This document shows, piece by piece, positions 12,352 to 24,668 of a stretch of DNA of 64,000 nt. The first letter of the stretch is position 1; each line of letters opens with the position of its first letter. The DNA is from Octopus sinensis. Taxonomy: Eukaryota. The notes beneath the pieces were generated by a model. The model made no database searches, was not told the DNA's origin, and saw nothing but the letters and a program-made list of their open reading frames with translations. The stretch covers positions 15,872,001 through 15,936,000 of the forward strand of contig NC_042997.1 in assembly GCF_006345805.1 (NCBI RefSeq), in the 5' to 3' direction. The translations under genes and the position numbers were made by a program.

Positions 12352-12593
12352 GTACACACACACACACGCACACACGTTTATACATGTGTGTGTGTGTGTG
12401 TGTACATCAGGCAATGTATGTATATAAGTTTTACAACGAAGCAGTAATAGAAAATAAATTTTACGTCAGTTTAAGTGTGTTTGCGACATAATATAAATTC
12501 TAAGGGCAATTTCACTGCAGTTTACCGCAGAGAAGAAAATTCTCTATGGTAAAAGATATAAATACGCCATCATTAGCAACTAACCTAAGCCTT

Positions 12594-13190
12594 ATGTATG
12601 TATGTATGTATGTATGTATGTATGTATGTATGTATGTACGTACGTATGTATGTATTGTATGTATGTATGTATGTATGTATGTACGTACGTATGTATGTAT
12701 GTATGTAGTATGTATGTATGTACGTACGTATGTATGTATGTATGTATGTATGTACGTACGTATGTATGTATGTATGTATGTATGTATGTATGTATGTATG
12801 TATGTACGTACGTATGTATGTATGTATGTATGTATGTATGTACGTACGTATGTATGTATGTATGTATGTATGTATGTATGTATGTATGTACGTACGTATG
12901 TATGTATGTATGTATGTATGTATGTATGTACGTACGTATGTATGTATGTATGTATGTATGTACGTACGTATGTATGTATGTATGTATGTATGTATGTATG
13001 TATGTATGTATGTATGTATGTATGTATGTATGTATGTATGTATGTATGTATGTATGTACGTATGTATGTATGTATGTATGTATGTATGTATGTATGTATG
13101 TATGTATGTATGTATGTATGTATGTACGTATGTATGTGTGTACGTACGTATGTATGTATGTATGTATGTATGTATGTATGTATGTATGTA
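12594..13190. repeat. ~600-bp (TATG)n microsatellite with recurrent TACG interruptions
   Basis: Direct reading. Confidence 0.97.
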
Positions 13191-13605
13191 TGGCGTGGCT
13201 ATGTGGTAAAAAGTTTGCTTCCTAACTACATGGTTCCGGGTTCAGTCTCACTACGTGGTACCTTGGGCAAATGTCTTCTACTATTGCCTCGGGCCAACCA
13301 AGGGTTTGTGAGTGGATTTGGTAGACGGAAACTGAAAGAAGCCCGTCGAATATGTATGTATTTATGTGTGTATGTGTGTGTATTTGTGTCTGTGTTTGTC
13401 CCCACCACTACCACCACCATCACTTGACAACCGATGTTGGTATGCTTATATCCCCCGTAACTTAGCGGCTCGGCAAAAGAAACGGACAGAAAAAGTACCA
13501 GGCTTACAAAGAATAAGTCCTGGAGTTGAGTTCTTCGACTAAAACCCTTTAAGACGGTGCTCCAGCATGGCCGCAGTCAAATAACTAAAACGAGTAAAAA
13601 ATAGA
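13190..13605 (+). mobile_element. SINE family A (diverged)
   Basis: Head, core and tail as at 690-1089. Confidence 0.85.
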
Positions 13606-13630
13606 CAATAAAACAATATATATATATATA

Positions 13631-13860
13631 CAGTAGCGGTCAAAATGTTTAGAACGGCATTGTTTTCGTCAGTAAAGTAGGTATAAGTTTTTATCAAAGT
13701 TGCTTTATATTCTATAATTTTCACAGACAATAAATACGATACTATTTGTTATTGTCTGAGATTTTGGTGTAATTTGAGAGGATAATACAAAAGTTATGGA
13801 TGATTTAGTGATTTACTGCAAAACCCATGGCGGCCAAAATGATCAGAACGGTTGAAAAAA
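13631..13860 (+). mobile_element. Left end of an IR-DR-type Tc1-like element
   Basis: TA|CAGT start; two ~22-bp direct repeats GCGG(T/C)CAAAATG.T.AGAACGG at 13636 and 13830; no right end found. Confidence 0.45.
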
Positions 13861-14229
13861 TAAGAAAATAATAAAAAATGACAGAGAATGCTGGAATTAT
13901 TTCATATTTAGTGTGAAGCCCTTTAGCTTCAATCAAACTTTGACAGCTTCTTATGTATGTAAGTATACATACATACACGTGTTGGCGAGGAACTGAAAGA
14001 AGTAGTACTCAACACCGCTGAGATGGATAAACACGCTTTTACTAGTTATCAGTAGCCGAATGCCGTAGGTCTCGTGCGAATTTCTTCGCAATGATGTTTA
14101 AGTAATGCATGCAATTCTGCAATTTTAATGTCGTCATCTAAATGGCAGAGTTGTCATCCGTTATTCAAAATCTAATTTAATAACTGCAAAGATATTTGTA
14201 CAGAATATATGATGCCAACCTAATGCGAT

Positions 14230-14247
14230 CTCTCTCTCTCACTCTCG

Positions 14248-14320
<73 letters not shown>

Positions 14321-14357
14321 GCTAGCTAGCTACCTACGTACCTACCTACATACATAC

Positions 14358-14439
<82 letters not shown>

Positions 14440-14441
14440 CG

Positions 14442-14480
<39 letters not shown>

Positions 14481-14652
14481 CCTACCTGTCTGTCTATCTG
14501 TATGTCTGTCTGTCAGTCTGTCTACCTGCCTACCTGTCTATTTGTCTGTTGTCTTATCTACACCTCACTTCCTCTCTATCTCTTTCTCTTTCAATATGTG
14601 TGTGTGTGTGTATATATATATGTGTGTATCTACACACACGCACACACACACA

Positions 14653-14725
<73 letters not shown>
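14230..14725. repeat. Compound microsatellite (CT, CTGT, CTAT, CTAG, CTAC, GT, CA runs)
   Basis: Direct reading. Confidence 0.9.
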
Positions 14726-14726
<1 letters not shown>

Positions 14727-15011
14727 AATCAGTTACAAGGTTTCCTTAAGAGTCAAGTCACATCAACGTGTAAAGACGCCAAAACACCACGATGCAAAAA
14801 CTCATAGAGCTCACGGTGAAATGAGACAACACTATAGACTTCAAGTGCTTGCCGGATACCGTAGATATGCAAGAACCAAATCCAATTTGTAATCATAGAT
14901 CCAACAACTCACTAGCTGATCCTTGGTGTGACGTGTCTATTAAATAGTTAATACGAATGGTGTTTCAGATTTACACACCTATGTCCAGGTTGACGACTCT
15001 TCACTCTTCGA

Positions 15012-15424
15012 CTCATTTATTTGTTTTAGTCATTTGATTGCGGCCATGCTAGAGCACCGCCTGTATTCGAAACAAATCGACCCCAGGACTTATTCTTTGT
15101 GAGCTTGGTACTTATTCTATCGGTCGCCTTTGCCGAACTGTTAAGTTACGGGGACGTAAATACACCAGCATCGGTTGTCAAGAGATGGTGGGGGAGGGAC
15201 GAACGCACACACACACGCACGCACACACACACACACACGCGCGCGCGCTCACACACACATACACACAACGGGCTTCTTTCAGTTTCCGTCTACCAAATCC
15301 ACTCACAAGGCTTTGGTCTGTCCAAGGCTATAGTAGAAGACACTTGCTCAAGGTGCCACGTAGTGGGACTGAACCCGGACCCATGTAGTTGGCAAGCAAG
15401 CTATTTACCACACAGCCACTCCTA
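15012..15424 (-). mobile_element. SINE family A
   Basis: Full-length homology to family A. Confidence 0.88.
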
Positions 15425-15479
15425 CGCCTGTTGGACTGTTTAAAATATTAATTTTGGTGGTGATGGTGGACTCTCTCTT

Positions 15480-15620
15480 TTCTCTTTTACTTGTTTCAGT
15501 CACGTGACTGTGGCCATGCTGGAGCACCGCCTTTAGTCGAGCAAATCGACCCCGGGACTCTTTGTAAGCCTAGTACTTATTCTATCGGTATCTTTTGCCG
15601 AACCGCTAAGTTACTGGGGA
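15480..15620 (-). mobile_element. SINE family A, 3' fragment
   Basis: Tail and part of body only. Confidence 0.8.
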
Positions 15621-15956
15621 CTGTACATTTTGATGTAACTTTTAAGATTACATCAAATAAAATTCTGTCGAAACAACTGTCGTAAATTTTAAATGTCATT
15701 CGTGTTCAATATGTCGACGATGACCAAGGTGAGGCTGGAGAGAAGAGATGCCTGTCAAAGAAAATGTTCAAAGAAAGATGGTTGCATGTTGCGAGGGTGC
15801 TGGGAATGAAAGATTCCCCGTGAACATGTCATAAGTCTGCATACAAAGGTTCCAGTAGCAGAATGGGACTCGTGGGGGTCGGAGCGTTACCCATCTCTCT
15901 GCTTCGTTTCATGTTTGCATTTTGTCCTTGTTGTATCTCATTCGATTTCATTATAT

Positions 15957-16188
15957 TTTACTTTTACTCTTACTCTTTTACTTGTTTCAGTCATTTGACT
16001 GCGGCCATGCTGGAGCACCGCATTTAATCGAGCAACTCGACCCCGGGACTTATTCTTTTTGTAAGCCCAGTACTTATTCTATCGGTCTCTTTTTGCCGAA
16101 CCGCTAAGTGACGGGGACGTAAACACACCAGCATCGGTTGTCAAGCAATGCTAGGGGGACAAACACAGACACACAAACACACACACAT

Positions 16189-16226
<38 letters not shown>

Positions 16227-16235
16227 ATATATATA

Positions 16236-16284
<49 letters not shown>

Positions 16285-16447
16285 CATACGACAGGCTTCT
16301 TTCAGTTTCCGTCTACTAAATCCACTCACAAGGCTTTGGTCGGCCCGAGGCTACAGTAGAAGACATTTGCCCAAAATGCCACGCAGTGAGACTGAACCCG
16401 GAACCATGTAGTTCATAAGCAAGCTGCTTACCACACAGCCACTCCTG
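15957..16447 (-). mobile_element. SINE family A with expanded internal (TA)n
   Basis: Full-length homology. Confidence 0.9.
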
Positions 16448-16632
16448 CGACTATATTTTGTAAAATTTTAAAAGTCATATAATCATTGTGTGTCTGACCC
16501 CAATGAGGCTGTATTGTCCCCCCTCTATGTTTGGGCCCTTGTGGTTAATAATGAAACAGGATGACCAAGGCCATCACGCGGGAGGAGAAAATAGAGCACA
16601 TAGAAAGAGACACAGGTACAAATATATGTCTG

Positions 16633-17050
16633 AAAGGCGGCGAGCTGGCAGAAACGTTAGCACGCCAGGCGAAATGCGTAGCCGTACTTCGTCTGTCGTT
16701 ACGTTCTGAGTTCAAATTCCGCCGAGGTTGACTTTGCCTTTCATCCTTTCGGGGTCGATAAATTAAGTACCAGTTACGCACTGGTGTCGATGTAATCGAC
16801 TTAATACCTATGTCTGTCCTTGTTTGTCCTCTCTGTGTTTAGCCCCTTGTGGGTAATAAAGAAATACATGTTTCGTCTGCCGTTACGTTCTGAGTTCAAA
16901 TTCCGCCGAGGTCGACTTGGCGTTTCACTCTTTCGGGGTCGATAAATTAAGTACCAGTTACGCACTGGGGTCGATGTAATCGACTTAATACCTATGCCTG
17001 TCCTTGTTTGTCCCCTCTGTGTTTAGCCCCTTGTGGGTAATAAAGAAATA
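16633..17050 (+). mobile_element. SINE family C head-to-tail dimer
   Basis: Full unit 16633-16866 plus headless unit 16867-17050. Confidence 0.9.
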
Positions 17051-17154
17051 GGTAAAAAGAGAGCGGCGTAATATACACACGATCTAAAATAAATCGGTTT
17101 AGCTTTCAAATCAATGCCCCAGCGGGTTCGCAGTTCAATGACTTAACCAAAAGA

Positions 17155-17173
17155 GTCTGTCTATCTATCTATC

Positions 17174-17248
<75 letters not shown>

Positions 17249-17299
17249 ATCTATCTATCTATCAAGATAGGTATCTATCAAGATAGGTATCTATCTATC

Positions 17300-17353
<54 letters not shown>

Positions 17354-17420
17354 CAGATATATACATATGTATCTATCAAGATAGATAGATAGATACAGAT
17401 ATATACATATGTATAGATAT
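17155..17420. repeat. (TATC)n switching to its inverse (GATA)n
   Basis: Inversion centred on CTATCAAGATAG units at about 17265-17305. Confidence 0.85.
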
Positions 17421-17494
17421 ATGTTTAAGTGTGCGTGCGCGTGTGCGTGCACGCGTGTGTGCGTGTGCGAGTATATATATATATATGTGTGTAT

Positions 17495-17567
<73 letters not shown>

Positions 17568-17935
17568 CATTCTGCTTGAAACGTCTTAGTTCTTTATTCT
17601 TCATTAATACCACGCCCTAGAGGAATGTAGAGAATGTGTCAACAGTCTGAAGCAGAAGGCTAGACGTTGTGAAACAACACACGTCTCGTGTCTGAACACA
17701 TATCAAGATGAAGTGTTATCTTGCAGTTTTTATATACAAAACTAGTCAAGGATTACAGCATAATGATTACTGCAATTGTATTTATTATTGTAAACATAAA
17801 CACACGGATATTATATACACATTACATGCGTAAGCGAGCTATGTGTTTATGGTATGCTGAAACAGAAAACTATACGTATACACTTACCTACCTTCCTACC
17901 TTCCTACCTACCTACCTACCTTCCTACCTACCTAC

Positions 17936-17966
<31 letters not shown>

Positions 17967-18161
17967 CATACATACATACATACATACGCAGGTACATACA
18001 TACATACATGCATACACGCACACACACATATATATGCACATAAATATCTATATAGGTATATAATATATATTTATGCACATATCTGTATACTCAACTATCT
18101 TTCCGTATGTGTGTATATATATGTATATATATATGTATATATTATATGTGGATATATATAT

Positions 18162-18240
<79 letters not shown>

Positions 18241-18341
18241 AGTGTACTTCGCCGGGTTTATGTATTCTACAAATGGTATATATATATATAAATACATATA
18301 TACATACATACGCATACACACACATTCATATATATATATGT

Positions 18342-18547
18342 GTGTTTATTGAGCGAAAACACCTAAAAGCTCCACGAGGCTCCGGCAGGGGGTGGTGATC
18401 CCTGCTGTACTCTTTCACCACTCTTTCTTCTGTTGGCCTGCTCACTTAGCCAGCGAGGTGGCGTCATTCGAAGGCTAAAACAATGCGAACGCATTGTGAC
18501 CAGCGATGTGTAACTACATCTGATGGACTGGTCGGTCACGTGATCAT

Positions 18548-18552
<5 letters not shown>
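18342..18552 (+). mobile_element. SINE family B2, 5'-truncated
   Basis: Matches the 3' two-thirds of 4924-5231. Confidence 0.85.
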
Positions 18553-18609
<57 letters not shown>

Positions 18610-18614
18610 TCTTT

Positions 18615-18972
18615 CTTTTATTCATTTATTCTTCATTTGTTTCAGTCATTAATTGTAGCCATGCTGGATTATTGCCTTTTGTCGAACAAATCGACCCCAG
18701 GACTTATTCTTCGTAAGCCTATTACTTATTTTATCGCCCTGTTTTGCCGATGGCTATGTTACGGGGACGTAAACCAACTAACATCGGTTGTCAAGTGATG
18801 ATGTGGGACAAGCACAAATACACAAACATATATATATGCACACTTATATATGGCGGGCTTCTTTCAGTTTCTCTCTACTAAATTCACTCACAAGGCTTTG
18901 GTCGACCCGTGGCTATAGTAGAAGACATTCACCCAAGGTGGGACTGAACCCGGAACCATGTGTTTGGGAAGC
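18615..18972 (-). mobile_element. SINE family A (diverged)
   Basis: Degenerate homology over most of length. Confidence 0.75.
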
Positions 18973-19408
18973 AAGCTTATATATATAACGTGTTTGTAGG
19001 GAATATATACCCATGTATGTGAGCGTGTGTGTACGAGTGTGTCTGCGCGCCCGCGTGTGTCTGTGTGGATGTGTTTGTATATGTGTGTATGTGTGTGTGG
19101 TGTAACGGGCGTGTAAATGGATAGTTGAATTACAGGATCTGTTTCGTCAAATGTTTGTCTCTATTACATTGTCTAACGTTTGAGTCTATGAGCTGTACGA
19201 CCCATAGGACACCATCAACACGACTATCGTTTGCCCACGTCACCCCGACATCCACAACGACGACGACGACCACCACCACCACCACTACCACCACCACCAC
19301 CACCAAAAGCAAACAAACAAGCAAAAAATAACAACAACAGTAACAACAATGTGTAAAGACCTAATATCGCCGATAACAATGTCAGGCTCGCAAACAATAA
19401 ATACATAC

Positions 19409-19465
19409 CCCACCACCAGATCGATAATACTGCTGTCGCCATAGTCATGGCCGTCTTGACTACCC
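19409..19465 (-). CDS. Candidate 57-nt symmetric (phase 2-2) exon, GSQDGHDYGDSSIIDLVV
   Basis: CTAAT branch-like motif and TTTTAG acceptor; GGG|GTATGT donor; splices in frame to the exon at 3068. Confidence 0.4.
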
Positions 19466-19627
19466 CTAAAATATGTTTCTTTATTAGCTACACAGGGCTG
19501 AAAGCAGAGGGGACAAATTACAAAGTAGAGCTTTTCTTTTTGGGGAGAAAAAAAAATGAAAATAAAAAATAAAAAGGGGGTAGGTTTTCGATCAAAAGGA
19601 ATCGTAAAAAGAGAGAGAGAGAGAGCG

Positions 19628-19667
<40 letters not shown>

Positions 19668-19683
19668 AGGGAGAGAGAGTGAA

Positions 19684-19723
<40 letters not shown>

Positions 19724-20004
19724 CGATCAATAGGGATCGTGTATCACAGAAATTTCATGATGTAAAGTGTAAAGGGGGAAGCAGATAAGGTTTGTCCGTG
19801 GAAAGAAAAGCCTACGGAAAAGACTACGGTAACCTCGGTCAATAATGTCACATGTTAACACATTTATTTGCAAGTAAGTAACACTCTGTTTAAAATTTTT
19901 CTGGATTCGTAGGATTATGCTCTAGGTGGCTACTCCTAAAATAATTAGCACAATTGTCGACTGCTGCATCACCATCGCTGGACTAGTCATTAAGTAAAAT
20001 AAGC

Positions 20005-21011
20005 ACGTGTTTAGGGCATCTAGGAAAGGGGGCACCAGAGAAATGGTAAATGATTTACCATTTCTGTGGTGAGGCGGCGAGCTGGCAGAAACGTTAGCAT
20101 GCCGGGCGAAATGCTTAGCGGTATTTCGTCTGCCGTTACGTTCTGAGTTCAAATTCCGCCGAGGTCGACTTTGCCTTTCATCCTTTCGGGGTCGATAAAT
20201 TAAGTACCAGTTATGCACTGGGGTCGATGTAATTGACTTAATACCTATGTCTGTCCTTGTTTGTCCCCTCTATGTTTAGCCCCTTGTAGGTAATAAAGAA
20301 ATAGGTATTTCGTCTGCCGTTACGTTCTGAGTTCAAATTTCGCCGAGGTCGACTTTGCCTTTCATCCTTTCGGGGCCGATTAAATAAGTACCAGTTACGC
20401 ACTGGAGTCGATGTAATCGGCTTGATCCATTTGTCTGTCCTTGTTTGTCCTCTCTGTGTTTAGCCCCTTGTGGGTAGTAAAGAAATAGGTATTTCGTCTG
20501 CCGTTACGTTCTGAGTTCAAATTCCGCCGAGGTCGACTTTGCTTTTCATCCTTTCGGGGTCGATAAATTAAGTACCAGTTACGCACTGGGGTCGATGTAA
20601 TCGACTTAATCCCCTAGTCTGTCCTTGTTTATGCCTTCTATGTTTAACCCCTTGTGGGCAATAAAGAAATAAGAAATGGTAAATGGTTTAAGACACAAAA
20701 TAAATCTCTTTAAACTTGCTAAAGTAATATTCGGGATGCCTTATCTCAACAAAGTATAGAAGCAGACGTTTTACGTAAGGTTAATTTCGAGAATCTGATC
20801 AAAGATTTTGCAATCACAAAAGATAAGAGAAAACTTTTTGAATATAAATAAAGCGGATGTATTCAAAAATAAACATTATTTCCCATCTTACGGTTAGTTT
20901 TGTTCCATTTTAAAAAAGAAGAATTTATTTTATGGTTTATTATTGTTTACATTTGGAGGCACCAAAATCTTTTGAGTGCTTAGGGCCTCTATGAGTCTTA
21001 ACCCGGCCCTG
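20005..21011 (+). mobile_element. hAT-like transposon remnant carrying the SINE C trimer
   Basis: C-terminal-like peptide SIEADVLRKVNFENLIKDFAITKDKRKLF* at about 20755-20843; right end ..AACCCGGCCCTG; left TIR not found. Confidence 0.45.
20071..20671 (+). mobile_element. SINE family C trimer
   Basis: Full unit plus two 184-bp headless units (20304-20487, 20488-20671); 14-bp TSD AGAAATGGTAAATG at 20039-20052 and 20672-20685. Confidence 0.92.
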
Positions 21012-21465
21012 TGCGTCACACTCACAAACATCAACCTCCATCACCACTATCACCATTATTATTATCATGTACACTAGTAGTTCTTAGTTCTTTATTATTT
21101 TTTGTAGCACATTTTAAGTAGTTGTTATGCCTTATACCTACCTATGTGGTGAGTGAGGTACCACGACTAAACTAACTTAACATGGATGATAAATTATGGA
21201 TTTTACCCTAAAAATAGATTGTGTAAGCTTTTAACAGTGAAATGGTAAAAAAATTAATAAAGACAAAAGTTGTAAAGTTACTTTATACATTGTGTAGGAG
21301 TTGCCGTGTGGTAGTAGCTTACCAACCACATGGCTCCGGGTTCAGTACCACTGCGTGGCATCTTGGGTTAGTGTCTTCTACCATAACTTCGGGCCGACCA
21401 TATGTTTGTCATTGTATGAAAAAAAATTTATAACATTCTTCTGATATAATGACTCAAATATATAT

Positions 21466-21777
21466 TACTCTTCTACTCTTTTACTTGTTTCAGTCATTTG
21501 ACTGCGGCCATGCTGGAGCACCGCTTTTAATCGAGCAACTCGACCCCGGGACTTATTCTTTTGTAAGCCCAGTACTTATTCTATCAGTCTCTTTTGCCGA
21601 ACCGTTAAGTAACGGGGACATAAACACACCAGCATCCGTTGTCAAGCAATGCTAGGGGGACAAACACACAAACACACACACGCATATATATATATATACA
21701 TATATACGACGGGCTTCTTTCAGTTTCCGTCTACCATGTGGTTGATTAGCAAGCTACTTACCACACAGCCACTCCTG
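21466..21777 (-). mobile_element. SINE family A with internal deletion
   Basis: Head joined to body with the core missing. Confidence 0.85.
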
Positions 21778-22071
21778 CGCCTTACTATATTACTGACTGC
21801 AATTTTCCTTTTCACTTGAATGTTATCGTACTAAACTTTAATGTTTGTACAGCCAACACTTCAGTGATATTTAGTATCATTGGTGCAACCGGAGGAGTAT
21901 TATCATGGAATTTGAAGTCCTTGGATTTCAAATGCATCGAACCTACAGTATGCTGATCCTGGTTTCCACGGCTGATGAGAGGATTTTCATTTTTATTTGT
22001 CCTTTTGCATTATAGTTTTCATGCTTCATTTCGATTTTAAAGGTATACCTATGAACAGATATATTTATATA

Positions 22072-22596
22072 CAGGATCAGGCAAAATGATCTGACACATT
22101 TGTAGGTTAAATAAAAGGCATTGTTTTTCGTTTCTTTTTCAGTTGCTGCCATGAATTGGACTGATGAGCATCGCGCTTACATTGTGGAAACGTTTATCAA
22201 AACAAACGATTCTGTAACTGCAACACAAAGAGCGTTCCGTTTGCACTTCAATCTTGGTAGACATGATCCCGTACCAGCTCGAAACACGATCTTGTTATGG
22301 GTTACCAACTTCAGAGCTACTGGATCTGTATTGAAACGAAAATCAACCGGCCGACCAACTTAAAGATGCAATTCGTCAAGAAATTACTGCCATTCCAAAT
22401 GAAATGACCCGCCGAGTTATTGACAACTTTCGTGAACGCCTTCGACAGTGTGTGGACAATAATGGATCATAATGAACATAATGAAACAAAATGGCATTAT
22501 ATATACTTTTCAAAAATAAAAACACTTTTTTGTTTCTTTACTTCATTTGCCTTTTATTTAACCTACAAATGTGTCAGATCATTTTGCCTGACCCTG
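22072..22596 (+). mobile_element. Internally deleted Tc1/mariner-superfamily transposon (DUF4817-type HTH)
   Basis: TA TSD; 49-bp TIRs CAGG(A/G)TCAGGCAAAATGATCTGAC...; N-terminus MNWTDEHRAYIVETF...FRATGSVLKRKSTGRP fused to C-terminal LKDAIRQEITAIP...LRQCV; catalytic domain deleted. Confidence 0.85.
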
Positions 22597-22939
22597 TATA
22601 TCATACATATATGCATATATAATATTGTTGCTATATTATATACATGCGTACATAATGTGCACACCGACCCCCATTTATATAATGTATATCAAATATATAA
22701 TGTGTATATATGTATACATTGATATATGCATGTGTGCATATACAGAGAGAGAGAAAGAGAGAGAGGGGAGTAAAGAGAAAGAAAGAAATAGGGGAGAGAG
22801 AGGAGAGAGAGAGAAAACGAATAATGTGTTTTGAAATACAGACACAATATATATTTCATTTGATGTAGAACTCAATGCGTTGGAGGAAGTGGGTAAATGT
22901 GTTTATTATATGGAAATATGATAATCTACATTGCATTTC

Positions 22940-22978
22940 GCCCTTGGTTGGGCACGACAGTCGTGCCCAACCAAGGGC
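22940..22978. repeat. Perfect 19-bp-arm palindrome with 1-nt loop
   Basis: GCCCTTGGTTGGGCACGAC-A-GTCGTGCCCAACCAAGGGC. Confidence 0.95.
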
Positions 22979-23040
22979 AAAATAGCTATGTGTATATATA
23001 TATATTAACGATCATGTATTGTATATCTGAGTGTGTGTGA

Positions 23041-23091
<51 letters not shown>

Positions 23092-23113
23092 GCAGACACA
23101 CATACACACACAC

Positions 23114-23171
<58 letters not shown>

Positions 23172-23702
23172 GTATATTTACATGCTTATGTACACAAGGA
23201 AGGATTTAATGGATGACGGAAGCAACATGCTTTCCCCAACTTTGATACCAAGCAGGTGGCATGTCAAAATTAACTATAACTTAAAAAGAGAAAAAAGAAA
23301 ACATACCGAAACACACACACACACATACGCACACACTCACGCGCACACACACATTAAACATTGGGAGTTTAAAGCCTGTTGAGTCAATAAAGCTAAAATA
23401 TTCACCAATGCAATGTGCCAAGCGTTTTATCTCTCAAGCCTCACTTTTAAGGCGGTGAAGGCGGTTAACATGCGTAAATGGCTTGATAAAATATAAAGGG
23501 ACAACGATAGGATAAAAAAACTAAATAATAAACTGCCGAAAATAAACCGTCATTTTCTTTGGCAAAAAATCCACCGCTTGATAGTCTTTTGAACTATTGT
23601 ATACATACATACAATAGACAGAAAGACAAACATAGATATACATACAAACGTATATACATATATATATATATAGCATATGCATATATATATATATATATAT
23701 AT

Positions 23703-23814
23703 ATCACTGTGACCGACCGGGCTATCAGATGTTACTACACATCGCTGGTCACAATGCGCTTCACACTGTTTTAACCTTCAAATGACGCCACCCCGCTGGC
23801 TAAGCGAGCAGGCC
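23703..23814 (-). mobile_element. SINE B2 tail fragment
   Basis: Matches B2 3' module; another copy at 47131-47233. Confidence 0.8.
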
Positions 23815-23959
23815 ATATATGTATATATATATATATATATGTATATGTATGTGGTATATATAATATATAGTATATATATATAAGAGGAGAGTATACGTAT
23901 ATATTTGTGTGTATATATATATTTGTGAATCTGTCATTCTATCCCTTTTTCGATATATA

Positions 23960-24022
<63 letters not shown>

Positions 24023-24668
24023 TAATGGTAAGACAACAAAAGAATGAAAGAGACTCTATATTATGCAAATAGAGGAATTTTATTGTATGTGACAATTATT
24101 CGGTTGCCATAATAAGACATTGAGTTTCGGATGTCGGGACGGAAACCTGCTCCGGCATCACACAAGCACACACAGACATACACACACGCACACACACACA
24201 TATATATATATATATATAGAGATAGAGAGAGAGAGGGTTGGGTGGGAGAGAAATTTCCAAGCTAGATGTTTTTGTTTTTCAAAATAGTGCATAAGACCTG
24301 AAATAGATACTGGACAAGCGTTTAGCAAGGTTTTAAAATAAAGCTGCATTTTTATAAACCCTTATGCGCTATGTTGTGTCATAAACGATGTAGTCCGAAA
24401 TGAATTGCAGATGTTATAGACACAAAGCATATCAGCATGTTGAAAAAGGAAGTGATTCTCCAATATACGTGGTACATACAACCACTGGATATGTGATATT
24501 TAGAGATAGCATTTAACCAGGGGTAAAACGATCTCTTTAATTTTACATTTATATTTGCCATTTCAAGCTTCTGCTTGGTCACTCGATCTGCTACAAATAG
24601 GAGTTAAAATTTCTTCCTAAACACACCCTACCGGCTTACATAAAGATAGAATGACTTAGATAGGGTAA

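Noticed and set aside
12546-13427. Long ORFs (293, 207, 163 aa) of MYVC repeats, and similar I/Y/L/N/HT-repeat ORFs across the window
   Set aside because: They are translations of (TATG)n, (AAT)n, (TA)n, (CA)n and (GA)n microsatellites that lack stops in some frames
19224-19448. Signal-peptide-like ORF MTMATAVLSIWWW...
   Set aside because: Hydrophobicity comes largely from (GTT)/(GGT) repeats; it reads through the GTATGT donor in a different frame from the favoured exon
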